DNA of 62,434 nt from a virus (lineage: Duplodnaviria; Caudoviricetes), in the IMG/VR virus record IMGVR_UViG_3300032087_006201, positions 1 through 62,434 of that record, one strand, 5' to 3'. Shown in pieces: positions 30,386 to 40,635 of this stretch. Below the pieces are notes generated by a model. It was not told the origin of the DNA, made no database searches, and saw only the letters and a list, made by a program, of their open reading frames with translations. The position numbers and the translations under genes are program-made. Positions within the stretch are counted from its first letter, which is position 1. Each line of letters opens with the position of its first letter.

Positions 30386-31576
30386 CTATTCGTCTCTCCC
30401 TCGCACAGCAAGAGTGCCAGCATCCGAAAGGGTGCGCTGATTATCTAAAAATGTGTCGTTTCTTAAATAAAACCTGGGATTTACTCTTTGTCCAGAAGGG
30501 AGTGTGACGTCTAGATGCAAGTGCGGTCCCGAACTCCTTCCAGAGTTGCCGGTAGTCCCTATTTGCTGACCACCGCTAATTGCCTGACCCTCGGTTACGA
30601 TTATAGTATCTAAATGTAGATATCTAACCCTAAAACCATTTCCATCATTCAGTTCAACAAACCTGCCTGCGGCGCCGTTGGAGCGATCATCTGGGTTACT
30701 GGAATTCAACAATCTTTGTATTTCTTGATCTGTTCTATTCACCGCGCGAGTTCTTGGCGCAGGAGAATCCATCACGGCAAAAACTGGGGTTCCAGTTGGA
30801 ACTGAGAAATCCATACCGGTATGGGCACCTCGCGTTCTTTGGATTCCAAATTCGTCTGTGACCCTTTTTGGCTCCTCAAATGGAAGAGAAGAGAATGCCC
30901 TATCTGGCGGCGGTGGATTAACTCTTCTTGCTTCAAGAGTTTGGCGAGCGTATTCTTCCGGAGACAGATTATTTTGTCCTTCGTCGCCAAAGTTGGGAAG
31001 GGGTGCGCCGCCCTGGGAGAACGCAAGACGGGTAGAGGGATCAGTCGGCTTGGTAGGATCGTTGTTTTCAAAGGCTGCTGGTCCTTCATATAGTTCAAGA
31101 TATACACCGTCATATTGCCCAGCTTCTGGTCCTTGACCAAAAGAAACTTTTACGATAGACCCTTCGGCTGGTTCTGGCGTCTTAGGACCAACTGTTGCTA
31201 TAAAAAGTGGATGTTGTTGAATTATGCCTCTTGCGCCGGGCTTTGTTTTATCAATTGGGATTGTTTTTGGCTTTAAAATATGTGCGTGCAGCTCAGGTAT
31301 TCTAACTCTAATAGCCACGTATTCCTTATTAGCCGCGCTTGTCTGGCTCTGGTTCGTCCTACGTCGGACAATAGGGGAGTCCTTCTCTACGTGGAGGACA
31401 ATGCCTTGAAATACCTTTGTCCCTTTTAGGTTATTCTTTCTAAACTTCTCAGCCGCGCCTTCGCGAATAATGGTATAGTCGTAAGTCCTCCGATTTGAGC
31501 CGGCTGGATCTATTCTGTCTGCAAATGGGTTTTCTCTGAACTCGTTGATTTGTTCATCAATATCTCTTGTGCCCAT
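30386..31576 (-). CDS. Gp5-like OB-fold protein fused to M23 peptidoglycan endopeptidase
   Basis: M23 motifs HTGMD, RYLHL, GNSGRSSGPHLHLDV; N-terminal IRVRIPELH...PAEGSIVKVSF resembles the gp5/gpV OB-fold. Confidence 0.8.
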   Translation of the reverse strand: MGTRDIDEQINEFRENPFADRIDPAGSNRRTYDYTIIREGAAEKFRKNNLKGTKVFQGIVLHVEKDSPIVRRRTNQSQTSAANKEYVAIRVRIPELHAHILKPKTIPIDKTKPGARGIIQQHPLFIATVGPKTPEPAEGSIVKVSFGQGPEAGQYDGVYLELYEGPAAFENNDPTKPTDPSTRLAFSQGGAPLPNFGDEGQNNLSPEEYARQTLEARRVNPPPPDRAFSSLPFEEPKRVTDEFGIQRTRGAHTGMDFSVPTGTPVFAVMDSPAPRTRAVNRTDQEIQRLLNSSNPDDRSNGAAGRFVELNDGNGFRVRYLHLDTIIVTEGQAISGGQQIGTTGNSGRSSGPHLHLDVTLPSGQRVNPRFYLRNDTFLDNQRTLSDAGTLAVRGRDE

Positions 31577-31577
31577 A

Positions 31578-31871
31578 TTACTCTTCTTCGCCCTTGATCA
31601 TATCAAACAAATCGTCTTTATCTTTGTCTGAAAGACCAAAGTTGCCGGCGGCACTCTCCCGCTTATGGATAATTGTGCTTACCTTTACAAGTTGTTCATT
31701 GGACCTTTGTAGTGTCTCTACATACTTGGCAGCTGTTTGTCCAACTTCTTTATGAGAGTGCTGATCCTTGGACATATATTGAATAATGTCGTCCAAGAGT
31801 TCTTTTGTTACTTCCCGATCTTGGCGAATGTTGTCAATTGCTTCGGTCAGGTAAGCGTTTAGGTCTTTCAT
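31578..31871 (-). CDS. Hypothetical helical protein
   Basis: 97-aa ORF, TAATG-coupled to the sigma factor gene. Confidence 0.65.
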   Translation of the reverse strand: MKDLNAYLTEAIDNIRQDREVTKELLDDIIQYMSKDQHSHKEVGQTAAKYVETLQRSNEQLVKVSTIIHKRESAAGNFGLSDKDKDDLFDMIKGEEE

Positions 31872-32572
31872 TAAATGTCACCACGATTCCATTTACCCTT
31901 GAAAACACGATACTTGACGCGCATCTTGTTTAGATTATTCACAACTTGCTTTGTGTTTAGTCCCGTGATCTCGCGAATATACAGATAAATAGCCTTTTTA
32001 TTGAAAATTTCAATATCCTCGGGACTTGACAATATTATCTTAATAGCTTCTAAAACCTTCTTTTCATTCTCCTTTAAGCTTCCAGTATCCCAGGTCTCTA
32101 TCTCTTCCCACAAGAAGTTCCAAAACTCAGCTTCTTCCCTCTTATGATGGTAGGGATTATAGGAAGAGAGGTATTTCTGCTCAACTTCTCCTGTGATGTC
32201 GTCGAAATCAGCCTCTCTCTTGTTTCGAAGATTAGTCTTCTTAACTTTGTGGATAAACCAGTTTTTAGTGATTACTGAAAAATAAGAGAATGCCTTGGAG
32301 CCCTTGTTCGGATCATACTTATCTAAGATCGTAGTCAGCCATACCTTGCACTCTTCTCGCAGGGCATCGACATTTGGGAGTGTTGTGAATTTGTAAGTAA
32401 AGACAACTTTATCGACCATTTCGCTAAAAGCTGGCTCGATATATTGAACATAAAGCTCTGTTCTTACCCTTACGTCTCTGGTGTTAGCATAATCGATAAT
32501 TGCTTGCTCATGAACCTTTGTAAAATAATGATTCTTGCTTCTTGATCGTTTTCTACCCTTACGCGCCGGCAT
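31871..32572 (-). CDS. Phage RNA polymerase sigma factor (sigma70 region-2 / gp55-like)
   Basis: LDKYDPNKGSKAFSYFSVITKNWF matches sigma region 2.3-2.4; likely start is the ATG at 32572 (MPARKG) after AGAGGA rather than 32635. Confidence 0.75.
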   Translation of the reverse strand: MPARKGRKRSRSKNHYFTKVHEQAIIDYANTRDVRVRTELYVQYIEPAFSEMVDKVVFTYKFTTLPNVDALREECKVWLTTILDKYDPNKGSKAFSYFSVITKNWFIHKVKKTNLRNKREADFDDITGEVEQKYLSSYNPYHHKREEAEFWNFLWEEIETWDTGSLKENEKKVLEAIKIILSSPEDIEIFNKKAIYLYIREITGLNTKQVVNNLNKMRVKYRVFKGKWNRGDI

Positions 32573-32864
32573 CTTCCTCTTCTTCCTCTTGTTCTTCAAG
32601 CGTGAAACTATCATTAAAATTATTGATCTTTTCAATCAAATCTCTTGAATGTTCCATCAAAGAGCCAAGCGTATCATCTCCATAGAACATCTCCAATTCG
32701 TGTATTCCCTTAATATGACCATCAAAGCTTTCAAGGTAAGCCTGAATCTTGTCGATGTTTTCTGAGAAGAAGACGAATTGTCTTGTCATCTTTCTAGCAT
32801 ACCAGATTAGCAGTAAGTTTAGAAGGAAAGAAAAGAACAATAATGTGTATAACATAGCGCTCAT
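32559..32864 (-). CDS. Small membrane-anchored coiled-coil protein
   Basis: N-terminal hydrophobic helix LYTLLFFSFLLNLLLIWY; ATGA overlap with upstream gene. Confidence 0.65.
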   Translation of the reverse strand: MSAMLYTLLFFSFLLNLLLIWYARKMTRQFVFFSENIDKIQAYLESFDGHIKGIHELEMFYGDDTLGSLMEHSRDLIEKINNFNDSFTLEEQEEEEEDAGA

Positions 32865-33124
32865 GGCTCGTATTCCTCAGTTTTTAGTCTTCGCTTTTCT
32901 TGCTTGACTTCTTCTCTTACATCTTTTATATACTGTTTGACAATTCCGCCTGGCTTTTGTTTAAGAAAATTGTTGTTTTTCTTGATATTAATACTCTTTG
33001 AAACAATTTTCTTAACCGTGCCGGTATGCCCACATTCTCTACACGTATCCAAAACTTCACTCATAGAGTGAAACACTTCAAACTCCGAATCGCACTTCGA
33101 GCACTTGTAGGCATACGTCGGCAT
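32861..33124 (-). CDS. FmdB-family zinc-ribbon protein
   Basis: MPTYAYKCSKC..EFE.......CREC..G pattern. Confidence 0.85.
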   Translation of the reverse strand: MPTYAYKCSKCDSEFEVFHSMSEVLDTCRECGHTGTVKKIVSKSINIKKNNNFLKQKPGGIVKQYIKDVREEVKQEKRRLKTEEYEP

Positions 33125-33345
33125 TACTCAGTCTCTTCTTCCGTAGAATCGCTCACAATTAGTCCGTCTGCGCCCACCTTAACAAGAGGGGGGTTGCGGA
33201 CAACAAGACCGTCATCAGTCGGAACAAAGTCCATATTTTTGAGAACTGGAACAATATCAGATTGTTCTAGGAGGGACTTTTGAAGCGCCATCATGACTGC
33301 CCCTAGTGCTTGATTAGATAGATTGAAACTCTTTAATTCAGACAT
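33124..33345 (-). CDS. Hypothetical protein
   Basis: 73-aa ORF with AAGGAG SD, TAATG-coupled to downstream gene. Confidence 0.65.
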   Translation of the reverse strand: MSELKSFNLSNQALGAVMMALQKSLLEQSDIVPVLKNMDFVPTDDGLVVRNPPLVKVGADGLIVSDSTEEETE

Positions 33346-33355
33346 ATTTAACTCC

Positions 33356-34333
33356 TTATCTAAAATTTTCTTGTCTTACTTTTAACAAATCAGCCTTAAA
33401 CATCATTCTAGCTAGACCCTCAAAATCCACTTTTGGAGTCCATCCCAGCTGCTGTGTTGCTTTGGCTGGATCTCCCAAGAGGAGCGGCACTTCGTGTGGT
33501 CGGAAAAGCCTTGAATCGATCTCAACGTGCTTTTCTACGTCTAGTTCGGCGATATGGAAAACTAAATTCAAAAACTCTCTAACTGTATGTGTTTCGCCAG
33601 TAGCCACAACATAGTCATCTGCATCTTGTTGTTGTGTCATTAGCCACATAGCTTCAACGTAATCGCCAGCAAAGCCCCAATCCCTCTTGGCATCAAGATT
33701 TCCTAGAAGCAGCTTGTTCTGCAATCCTAGCTTGATTTTTGCGGCTGCTAGCGTGATCTTTCGTGTTACAAATGTCTCTCCGCGTCTTGGAGATTCGTGA
33801 TTAAATAAGATCCCAGATGAAGCGTGCATGCCATATGATTCTCGATAATTTCTAACTAAGTTATGGGCAAACACTTTTGCACAAGCGTAAGGCGAAGCCG
33901 GCATTAACTTGGTGTTTTCATCTTGTGGGTGTGCTGGGTTGTCTCCGAACATCTCAGAAGATGATGCCTGGTAGAAGCGTACGTTTGGCACTACGTGTCG
34001 CGCAGCCTCCAACAACCTAAGCGTGCCCATTGCGATACTATCAACTGTTGATTCGGGATTTTCAAAAGAAACTCTAACGTGAGATTGCGCAGCAAGATTA
34101 TAAATCTCGTCTGGCTCGTATTCCCTCAAAAGACTCCACATGCATCCAGTATCATTTAGTTCAAAATACCTTAGACTAAAATTTGGATGATTATAGATGT
34201 GATCAATCCTATCTGTACAAATTAAGGATGTCCTTCTTTTAAGACCAACTACGCGGTATCCTTTGTTCAACAGAAGCTCCGCTAGATAAGAGCCGTCTTG
34301 TCCCGTTACACCTGTTATTAGCGCTGTTTTCAT
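33356..34333 (-). CDS. gmd: GDP-mannose 4,6-dehydratase
   Basis: [64 protein letters not shown]; ATG at 34333 overlaps upstream TGA. Confidence 0.96.
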   Translation of the reverse strand: MKTALITGVTGQDGSYLAELLLNKGYRVVGLKRRTSLICTDRIDHIYNHPNFSLRYFELNDTGCMWSLLREYEPDEIYNLAAQSHVRVSFENPESTVDSIAMGTLRLLEAARHVVPNVRFYQASSSEMFGDNPAHPQDENTKLMPASPYACAKVFAHNLVRNYRESYGMHASSGILFNHESPRRGETFVTRKITLAAAKIKLGLQNKLLLGNLDAKRDWGFAGDYVEAMWLMTQQQDADDYVVATGETHTVREFLNLVFHIAELDVEKHVEIDSRLFRPHEVPLLLGDPAKATQQLGWTPKVDFEGLARMMFKADLLKVRQENFR

Positions 34334-35319
34334 TTGCTCTCCACGTACCAATTATACGTTTTTTTGATGCCATCTTTAAATTTTGTAAAAGAATAAGGTC
34401 CAATTAAATCCAACAATCTCTTATTGCTTCCGTCTTTTCTATACTGACCGTCAAGCATTCCGTTAAAAGTGAATTGAACGTCTTTCTCAACTGCATCCTT
34501 TGCTATCTCAGCCATCTGACTAATTGACAAATTCTCGTCATTCGCGACTATTAAAGGTACATCTGAGTTGTGATGTTCTAGTAAATGACAAATAATATCA
34601 CTTGCGTCCTCCACGTATAGCTGCTGTCTTAGTGGCGTACCGGTGCCCCACAGCTCTATCGTTCCCCCATCAGAAACCTCTGACAGCTTTCTAACCAAGG
34701 AGGCGGCAAAGTGGGACTTGTCTGGATGGAAATTATCTTCCGGACCATATAAGTTAGACGGACAAAAAGTGGAGTAATTCAAGCCATATTGCTTTCGATA
34801 CGCCACAACCTGTGATTGTAGTGCCCTTTTGGTGATACCATATGAAAAGTTGGTTTCTGCCGGGGGACCCATAAACATACAATCCTCAGAGAATGGATAA
34901 GCCTCAACTACATTAGGAAATGCACAAGTGCTCAGACTCGCAAGCATTCTCGGAACCCCAGTCGTAGCGCAAGCATGCACCACATTGGTATTCATTGTTA
35001 TGTTTTGAAAGAAATATTCTGCCTGATTCAGACTATTATCTTTTATACCTCCAACTCTTGCAGCCAGATGTAATACCGCATCTGGCTTGTGATCACCCAC
35101 AAACTCCATAGTCTGATTTAAATCTGTGAGGTCACAGTCTGTTGAAGACAGGTACGTCCAGTCTGGTCTCCGCTTTTGCAAACTCTTTCCTAAAAAGCCA
35201 GATCCACCAGTTACAAGCACTTTTTGCTGCTTTGCTTTCTTCACAAACTCTCCCGCGATCTCATTAAGATTATCATAAGAATAGTCTCTCTGGGACATCA
35301 TCATTCCTGGCTTGCGCAT
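34330..35319 (-). CDS. fcl: GDP-L-fucose synthase family (GDP-4-keto-6-deoxymannose epimerase/reductase)
   Basis: [47 protein letters not shown]; adjacent to gmd. Confidence 0.88.
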   Translation of the reverse strand: MRKPGMMMSQRDYSYDNLNEIAGEFVKKAKQQKVLVTGGSGFLGKSLQKRRPDWTYLSSTDCDLTDLNQTMEFVGDHKPDAVLHLAARVGGIKDNSLNQAEYFFQNITMNTNVVHACATTGVPRMLASLSTCAFPNVVEAYPFSEDCMFMGPPAETNFSYGITKRALQSQVVAYRKQYGLNYSTFCPSNLYGPEDNFHPDKSHFAASLVRKLSEVSDGGTIELWGTGTPLRQQLYVEDASDIICHLLEHHNSDVPLIVANDENLSISQMAEIAKDAVEKDVQFTFNGMLDGQYRKDGSNKRLLDLIGPYSFTKFKDGIKKTYNWYVESK

Positions 35320-37037
35320 TACTGGTTGATTACCGGCAATGTGCGCTTGTAGGAAATATCGCCCTCGTCTTTGTCCCCCTCATACGTGTTTGACTCTAAG
35401 CGCTCACGATATTCTCTGAGCGTGACAATATCCCTCTTTACTTGTTCTTGATAATCCTGAATGAATTGTTTCTTACTCTTGGCGTCCTTAAACTGCTCGT
35501 TGCTCATAATATGGTTCATCACGTACTTTTCAACAGCTTGGTTGATCTTTGGCATCATTTGCTTGGGGTCTGATAGGAAAAACGTTTTGATAAGCTCTGG
35601 GAACAGGTTAAACGTCCTCATTGCTTCGAGAAATACGTTGTTCATACCAACCAAGCCATGTTGTTGAGAATACTTCAACATCTGAGGGACCATCTTTCTT
35701 TGTTCTAAGAATCCTTCGGGAGTGAAGAACTTACTCATAGACACCCCAGTTCTAATCTCCTCTTTCCAGTCAGATAGTTGCTGGTATGTGTAGTCTCCTC
35801 CGTTTTCGATGGTATAATACGGTACGCCCTTATCAGTTAGCCAATAATCATCATCTATCTTGCCAGTCGCCTTAGCCATCGTATACATTTCTGTGCCAGG
35901 GTAGATCATGGCGACACCCATGTCCTCGTAATAAAGATATTCAATGTTTTGCAGCTCTTGAACAAAATCAATCGTTTCGCGAATGGTCTCCTTAGTCTCA
36001 CCGGGAAGACCAGAGATCAAAAAGGCTGTCGCCTTAATATTCGTCTTTGCGATCAACGAAAGGGCGTATCTAGCGTGATCTTTGGTTATACCCTTTCGCA
36101 TACCCTTCAACACTTCATCGGCGCCGCTCTCCAGCCCAAAGAGTACATGCACGAACCCAGCCTGCTCCATCTTTCTAACAACCTCTTCGGAGATTGGTCT
36201 AAATCTAGCGCTAGCAACAAACTTGGTCTTTATCCCTCTGTCAATGATTGCGTCACAGAACTCTATGGTGCGCTTCTTGTTGATCATAAATGCATCATCA
36301 TGAATCCAGATCGTATCAACCGAAGGGCACGTTTTGAGAAGATGTTCTACCTCATCTGCGATATTCTCACCGGAGCGGAATCTAACCTTTCTGCGAGACA
36401 TCGCGTCAAGGACGCAGAAATTACACTTATAGGGGCATCCTCGACTGGTTAGTAGGTTAGCCATCGTCTTTCCTTCGTATAAAAAGATATCGTGGCGTGG
36501 GAATGGCAGAATGTCTAGATCCTGAATAAGAGGGCGACCACCCGTGAAACGCACCTTTTCATTAGCTTCATCCCAATAAGCTAGCCCCAAAACATCTTCA
36601 TATGATTCGTTTCTCTCAAATTTCTCCAAAAGTTCATTGAAAGTAATTTCTCCCTCTCCTTGAACGACAAATGTATAAGGATACTTCTCTACAAACTGTT
36701 TCCACATGACAGTTACATGCATGCCGCCGGTTACAATCTTAATATCCGGGTATGTTTCATGAATATATTCAATAATCCTGTATGCACTCACACGGGAGTG
36801 TGTCATCAGAGAAACACCAACAACTTCTGGTTGAAACCTTTCTAGGCTTTCTTTAATTGATGCGAAGCATTCATCATAAGGAACATTGTTTAGATACAAG
36901 TTCTCAAATTCATAATGTGGATTTTGCTGCTCCACGTATGCCTGCAAATAAGCCAACCCAAGTGGGTAGTGACTATCGTGGTTATCTTGGCTACGATGGG
37001 CGTCCTCGATTGTTGTGCAACAGAGTAAAACTTTCAC
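35319..37037 (-). CDS. Cobalamin-binding radical SAM protein (class B methyltransferase-like)
   Basis: YPLGLAYL, PEVVGVS, IVTGGMHVT (B12 domain); TSRGCPYKCNFC (CxxxCxxC); FGLESG; GLPGET. Confidence 0.92.
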   Translation of the reverse strand: MKVLLCCTTIEDAHRSQDNHDSHYPLGLAYLQAYVEQQNPHYEFENLYLNNVPYDECFASIKESLERFQPEVVGVSLMTHSRVSAYRIIEYIHETYPDIKIVTGGMHVTVMWKQFVEKYPYTFVVQGEGEITFNELLEKFERNESYEDVLGLAYWDEANEKVRFTGGRPLIQDLDILPFPRHDIFLYEGKTMANLLTSRGCPYKCNFCVLDAMSRRKVRFRSGENIADEVEHLLKTCPSVDTIWIHDDAFMINKKRTIEFCDAIIDRGIKTKFVASARFRPISEEVVRKMEQAGFVHVLFGLESGADEVLKGMRKGITKDHARYALSLIAKTNIKATAFLISGLPGETKETIRETIDFVQELQNIEYLYYEDMGVAMIYPGTEMYTMAKATGKIDDDYWLTDKGVPYYTIENGGDYTYQQLSDWKEEIRTGVSMSKFFTPEGFLEQRKMVPQMLKYSQQHGLVGMNNVFLEAMRTFNLFPELIKTFFLSDPKQMMPKINQAVEKYVMNHIMSNEQFKDAKSKKQFIQDYQEQVKRDIVTLREYRERLESNTYEGDKDEGDISYKRTLPVINQ

Positions 37038-37062
37038 TTTCTCAACCCTTTCTTATGGTTCC

Positions 37063-38013
37063 TTACCATATAAAATTCTTCTTATAATACTCTACAATTG
37101 TAGGGATCTCGTCATCAAAAACTCTCTTTGGACTCCATCCGATATTGCGAAGCTTGCTGTCGTCAAGAGCATATCTCACATCCTGCCCAACGCGAGAATA
37201 TGAAAAATCCAAATATCTCTCAACTCTATCAATATCTCCGTAGTAGTTTCTAATAACCTTCTTCACTGTTTCGATATTTTGCTGTTCAAAACCGCCGGCA
37301 ACATTATAGATCTCATTTATAGTCCCTGACTGGATAATTGCCATAACTGCTTCCGCAGTATCATCAGCGTGAAGCCAGTTTCTATATGGGGTTCCATTAT
37401 TATGGAGCCTAATCTTCTTACCTCTCATAAGATTCTTAACAGAGAGAGGAATCAATTTTTCTGGATATTGTCCGATTCCATAGTTGTTTGTGGGTCGAAG
37501 AATATTGTAATTAAGCCCATAAGTTCTCGCCCAAGCAAGGATCAGCATATCGCCTGCGGCTTTTGAGGCAGAGTATGGATTACTTGGTTTGAGTAGATCC
37601 TCTTCCGTGTGAGCGCCATCCGTAATATCGCCATACACTTCGTCGGTGCTAATATGTAACATAATTGGACGACTATTGCAATTCTCTTGCTTACCTCTGA
37701 TTAACTCTAAGAGATTCTTTACCCCAAGGATGTTTGTGTTGATAAATTCATCACTGCTTACGATACTATTACCGACGTGCGACTCTGCGGCATAATTGAT
37801 CACATAATCACAATCATAAAGATGTTTCAGATCCTTTATATCAACAGCTTCAAACTTAAAGTTTTCATATTTCTCAAACTGTTTCAAAAGACCTGGATTC
37901 GCAGCATAGGTAAGCTTATCAATGCCATATACCATCCAGCCCCGATCTAGGCACTTCTTGGTAGCGTATGCTCCCATAAAACCCAGACATCCAGTAATAT
38001 AAACTATCTTCAC
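37063..38013 (-). CDS. rfbB: dTDP-glucose 4,6-dehydratase-like SDR
   Basis: ITGCLGFMG, IDKLTYAAN, AAESHV, HISTDEVYG, NPYSASKA, NNYGIGQYPEKLIP. Confidence 0.88.
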   Translation of the reverse strand: MKIVYITGCLGFMGAYATKKCLDRGWMVYGIDKLTYAANPGLLKQFEKYENFKFEAVDIKDLKHLYDCDYVINYAAESHVGNSIVSSDEFINTNILGVKNLLELIRGKQENCNSRPIMLHISTDEVYGDITDGAHTEEDLLKPSNPYSASKAAGDMLILAWARTYGLNYNILRPTNNYGIGQYPEKLIPLSVKNLMRGKKIRLHNNGTPYRNWLHADDTAEAVMAIIQSGTINEIYNVAGGFEQQNIETVKKVIRNYYGDIDRVERYLDFSYSRVGQDVRYALDDSKLRNIGWSPKRVFDDEIPTIVEYYKKNFIW

Positions 38014-39341
38014 TTTAAGTCCTCAAAAAATTTATCAACAGTTTGCTGAATATAGTCAAGCTTCTCGTCAGTTAGACCAATAAAGGTCCCGAGGAAGAAT
38101 GAGTTTGTTGTTACCAGCTGGGCAACCGGAAAGGTTTCGTTCATATCTCCGTACTCCGCTGCCATATGATGATACCCGGGGTGTGCAAGGATATTTCCAG
38201 AGAAGTATGATCGTGTCTGGATTTTATGTTGTTCTAGCCAGGAAACCATATCTTGTCGCCCAAACGGTGCGCCTTCCTTGACAGTCATCAAAAATGCAAA
38301 CCAGCAGGGATCAGCCTTCTCAGTTGCCTTTGGAAGATGAAGGTATTCGGCATAAGGCTCAAAGATCTCCATTAGGCGATCAAAGTTCTTTCGTCGAGCA
38401 GCATCAAACTCAGGTAGTTTATCCAGCTGTTGAAGACCCATTGCTGCCTGCATATCTAGTGGTTTAAGATTATAGCCAATCTCCTCAAAGACGTAGCGAT
38501 GGTCATAGACGGCTTCTCGCAGCCCTGGGAGCCAATCACGGAACCTGTTACCACAAGCGGTCCCTTCAAGCACAGAACCCGGCTTAGAGGTGTTACAATA
38601 GCAAGCACGACCCCAATCACGAATACTGGCGACCACTGTTCTAATCTTATTGTCATTCGTCGCCACAAAGCCGCCCTCGCCCATCGTCATATGATGGGCT
38701 GGAAAGAAGGAACAAGTTGAGATATGCCCAAACGAACCAAGCTTCTTTCCGTCGTATGTTGAGCCCAGGGCGTCGCAAGAGTCCTCAACAAAGATAAGAT
38801 CATACTTCTCGACAAGACCCATTAGACGATCCATATCAGGCGGGTTTCCTAGAACGTGTGCAAACACAATGCCCTTGATCTCAGGATCATCCTCCAACAC
38901 TCTCTCTACTTGATCTAGGTCTAAGTTGAGGTCGGGAAGAGTTACATCAACGAAGACTGGCTGAAAACCGTTTTGAATAATGGGGTTGATAGTAGTCGGG
39001 AAGCAGACGACTGGGGTAATGATCTTTGAACCCTGTTCAAGGTTAAAGAGTCGCTTTGATTTTAGAGCAGAAATTGCAAGCAGGTTGGCTGAGCTACCTG
39101 AATTAGTCAGCGAACCGTACTTCATTCCCAGGTGCTCTGGGAACCTCTTTTCGAATTGTCGAGCATTCTTTCCGAAGATAAGCCACCCGGAAAGCAGCTG
39201 TCTCATGGCTGCAATATATTCGTCTTCATCAAAAACTGGTCCAGAATAGGCGACCCAATCTTCACCTGGTGTCCATTCCTTCTTTGTCTCTGCTAAGTGC
39301 TTTCTGATTAACTCTTCAATCTGTCCCAAAGTTTCAGACAT
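38010..39341 (-). CDS. rfbH: NDP-4-keto-6-deoxyglucose 3-dehydratase (E1, RfbH/DdhC type)
   Basis: NSGSSANL, EDSCDALGS, SFFPAHHMTMGEGG (His in place of the PLP Lys), Cys cluster DWGRACYC...TACGNRF, YDHRY. Confidence 0.9.
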   Translation of the reverse strand: MSETLGQIEELIRKHLAETKKEWTPGEDWVAYSGPVFDEDEYIAAMRQLLSGWLIFGKNARQFEKRFPEHLGMKYGSLTNSGSSANLLAISALKSKRLFNLEQGSKIITPVVCFPTTINPIIQNGFQPVFVDVTLPDLNLDLDQVERVLEDDPEIKGIVFAHVLGNPPDMDRLMGLVEKYDLIFVEDSCDALGSTYDGKKLGSFGHISTCSFFPAHHMTMGEGGFVATNDNKIRTVVASIRDWGRACYCNTSKPGSVLEGTACGNRFRDWLPGLREAVYDHRYVFEEIGYNLKPLDMQAAMGLQQLDKLPEFDAARRKNFDRLMEIFEPYAEYLHLPKATEKADPCWFAFLMTVKEGAPFGRQDMVSWLEQHKIQTRSYFSGNILAHPGYHHMAAEYGDMNETFPVAQLVTTNSFFLGTFIGLTDEKLDYIQQTVDKFFEDLK

Positions 39342-40159
39342 CTATGAATTCCTTCCTCGATTCCTAAAAGATTTAAATGTAGATTCTCAAGCCTTGTGGC
39401 ATCACCCGTATAGGGACTTCCCATGCTTGGATTATCTATCATAACATTATTTTTACTTTTTGTGAAATCTTTAACCATCATAGCAACGTCATAAAGTGTT
39501 GTTTTTTGACTATAACAAAGATTAATGTCTCTAGGTAGCCCTTCGCTGGAATCTAGATACAAACCCAAAACACGACAGAGGTCGCCAACAAAGATGTAGT
39601 CCATCTCTTTATTTTGGTGGATATGGGCATCGTGCCCTGTTGTCAATTTGGTATGGCAACTTTTTATGAGCCTTTGGGGTTCTTCGAGGGCTCCAAAGCA
39701 CCCAAATAACCGAAAATTAACTATATTTTCGTAATTATCAAAAATATTTCTAGCAATTAGGTTCTTCACTAAGCCATAATAGTCTTGTGGAAGTCTGTTG
39801 AATATCTGCTCCTCTGAAATGCAATCTACTGTATCGGCACGATCAAATTCAGCACCAGAGCCAAAGTTGATCATAAGCTCGAACTCATCAGAATGAGCTG
39901 CCAAGTTTTGAAACATCGCGGCATTCTGAAAAAATGCCGACACATCGTCTTTATCTAATCGCTTTCCACCGTTGATCGCAGTATGGATTACACAATCCAC
40001 ACTATTCTCCGAAAAAAAATTATCTACCTGTTGGCGATCTGATACATCTAATGTACTTCTATTTGTAGAGATAATCTCAAATTTATCACTCTTTTGAAAT
40101 TCAGAATAGATTTCTCTGGCAATAAATCCGTTACCGCCGGTGAGCAACACCTTTTTCAC
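39308..40159 (-). CDS. NAD-dependent epimerase/dehydratase/reductase (extended SDR)
   Basis: LLTGGNGFIA, NFGSGAEFD, YGLVK (YxxxK). Confidence 0.85.
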   Translation of the reverse strand: MKKVLLTGGNGFIAREIYSEFQKSDKFEIISTNRSTLDVSDRQQVDNFFSENSVDCVIHTAINGGKRLDKDDVSAFFQNAAMFQNLAAHSDEFELMINFGSGAEFDRADTVDCISEEQIFNRLPQDYYGLVKNLIARNIFDNYENIVNFRLFGCFGALEEPQRLIKSCHTKLTTGHDAHIHQNKEMDYIFVGDLCRVLGLYLDSSEGLPRDINLCYSQKTTLYDVAMMVKDFTKSKNNVMIDNPSMGSPYTGDATRLENLHLNLLGIEEGIHRCLKLWDRLKS

Positions 40160-40635
40160 TATCGCACCAGATTCAAATATGATGGTCTATTGTTTTCCAC
40201 AAGAGTGTCCAATATTGCCCTAAGTTCTTCCTCTTGTTCTGGGTGATATACATCGATGTTGTCGAAGCAGCTCATAACTCTTTTATCATCCTCAGCCCAG
40301 TGTGTAAATCCAAGCTTTCCGTAGTCCTTGCCTCTGCCGCCACCGATTAGTTTAACTGGAACCTGTTCGTGGTCCAGGTAATTTCTGATGAACTCAAAGG
40401 GTCGATACAAAAGAAAGGGCGTTATAGAATAAACGAATGGAATCTTTCCCTCCATAGCCATGCCGCTAGCGGCTCCGAGCATTAATTGTTCAGAAGACCC
40501 AACATTATAAAAGCGCCTTGGAAAATCTAGGCGAACCTTATCCCAGAGACCATACCCTAGGTCGCCAGTCAAAACAACAACCCTAGGATCGACACTCATC
40601 TTCTCGTGCAATAATTGGCTAAATGCTCTCCTCAT
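40159..40635 (-). CDS. Transketolase-like subunit, pyrimidine-binding domain only
   Basis: LTGDLG, FYNVGSSEQLMLGAASGMA, PFVYSITPFL..RPFEFIR, GFTH; lacks the C-terminal domain. Confidence 0.88.
   Translation of the reverse strand: MRRAFSQLLHEKMSVDPRVVVLTGDLGYGLWDKVRLDFPRRFYNVGSSEQLMLGAASGMAMEGKIPFVYSITPFLLYRPFEFIRNYLDHEQVPVKLIGGGRGKDYGKLGFTHWAEDDKRVMSCFDNIDVYHPEQEEELRAILDTLVENNRPSYLNLVR

Noticed and set aside
30383-30388. Read-through fusion of the M23 gene to the spike gene
   Set aside because: The TAG and the next ATG are separated by 2 nt (out of frame) and no slippery site is evident
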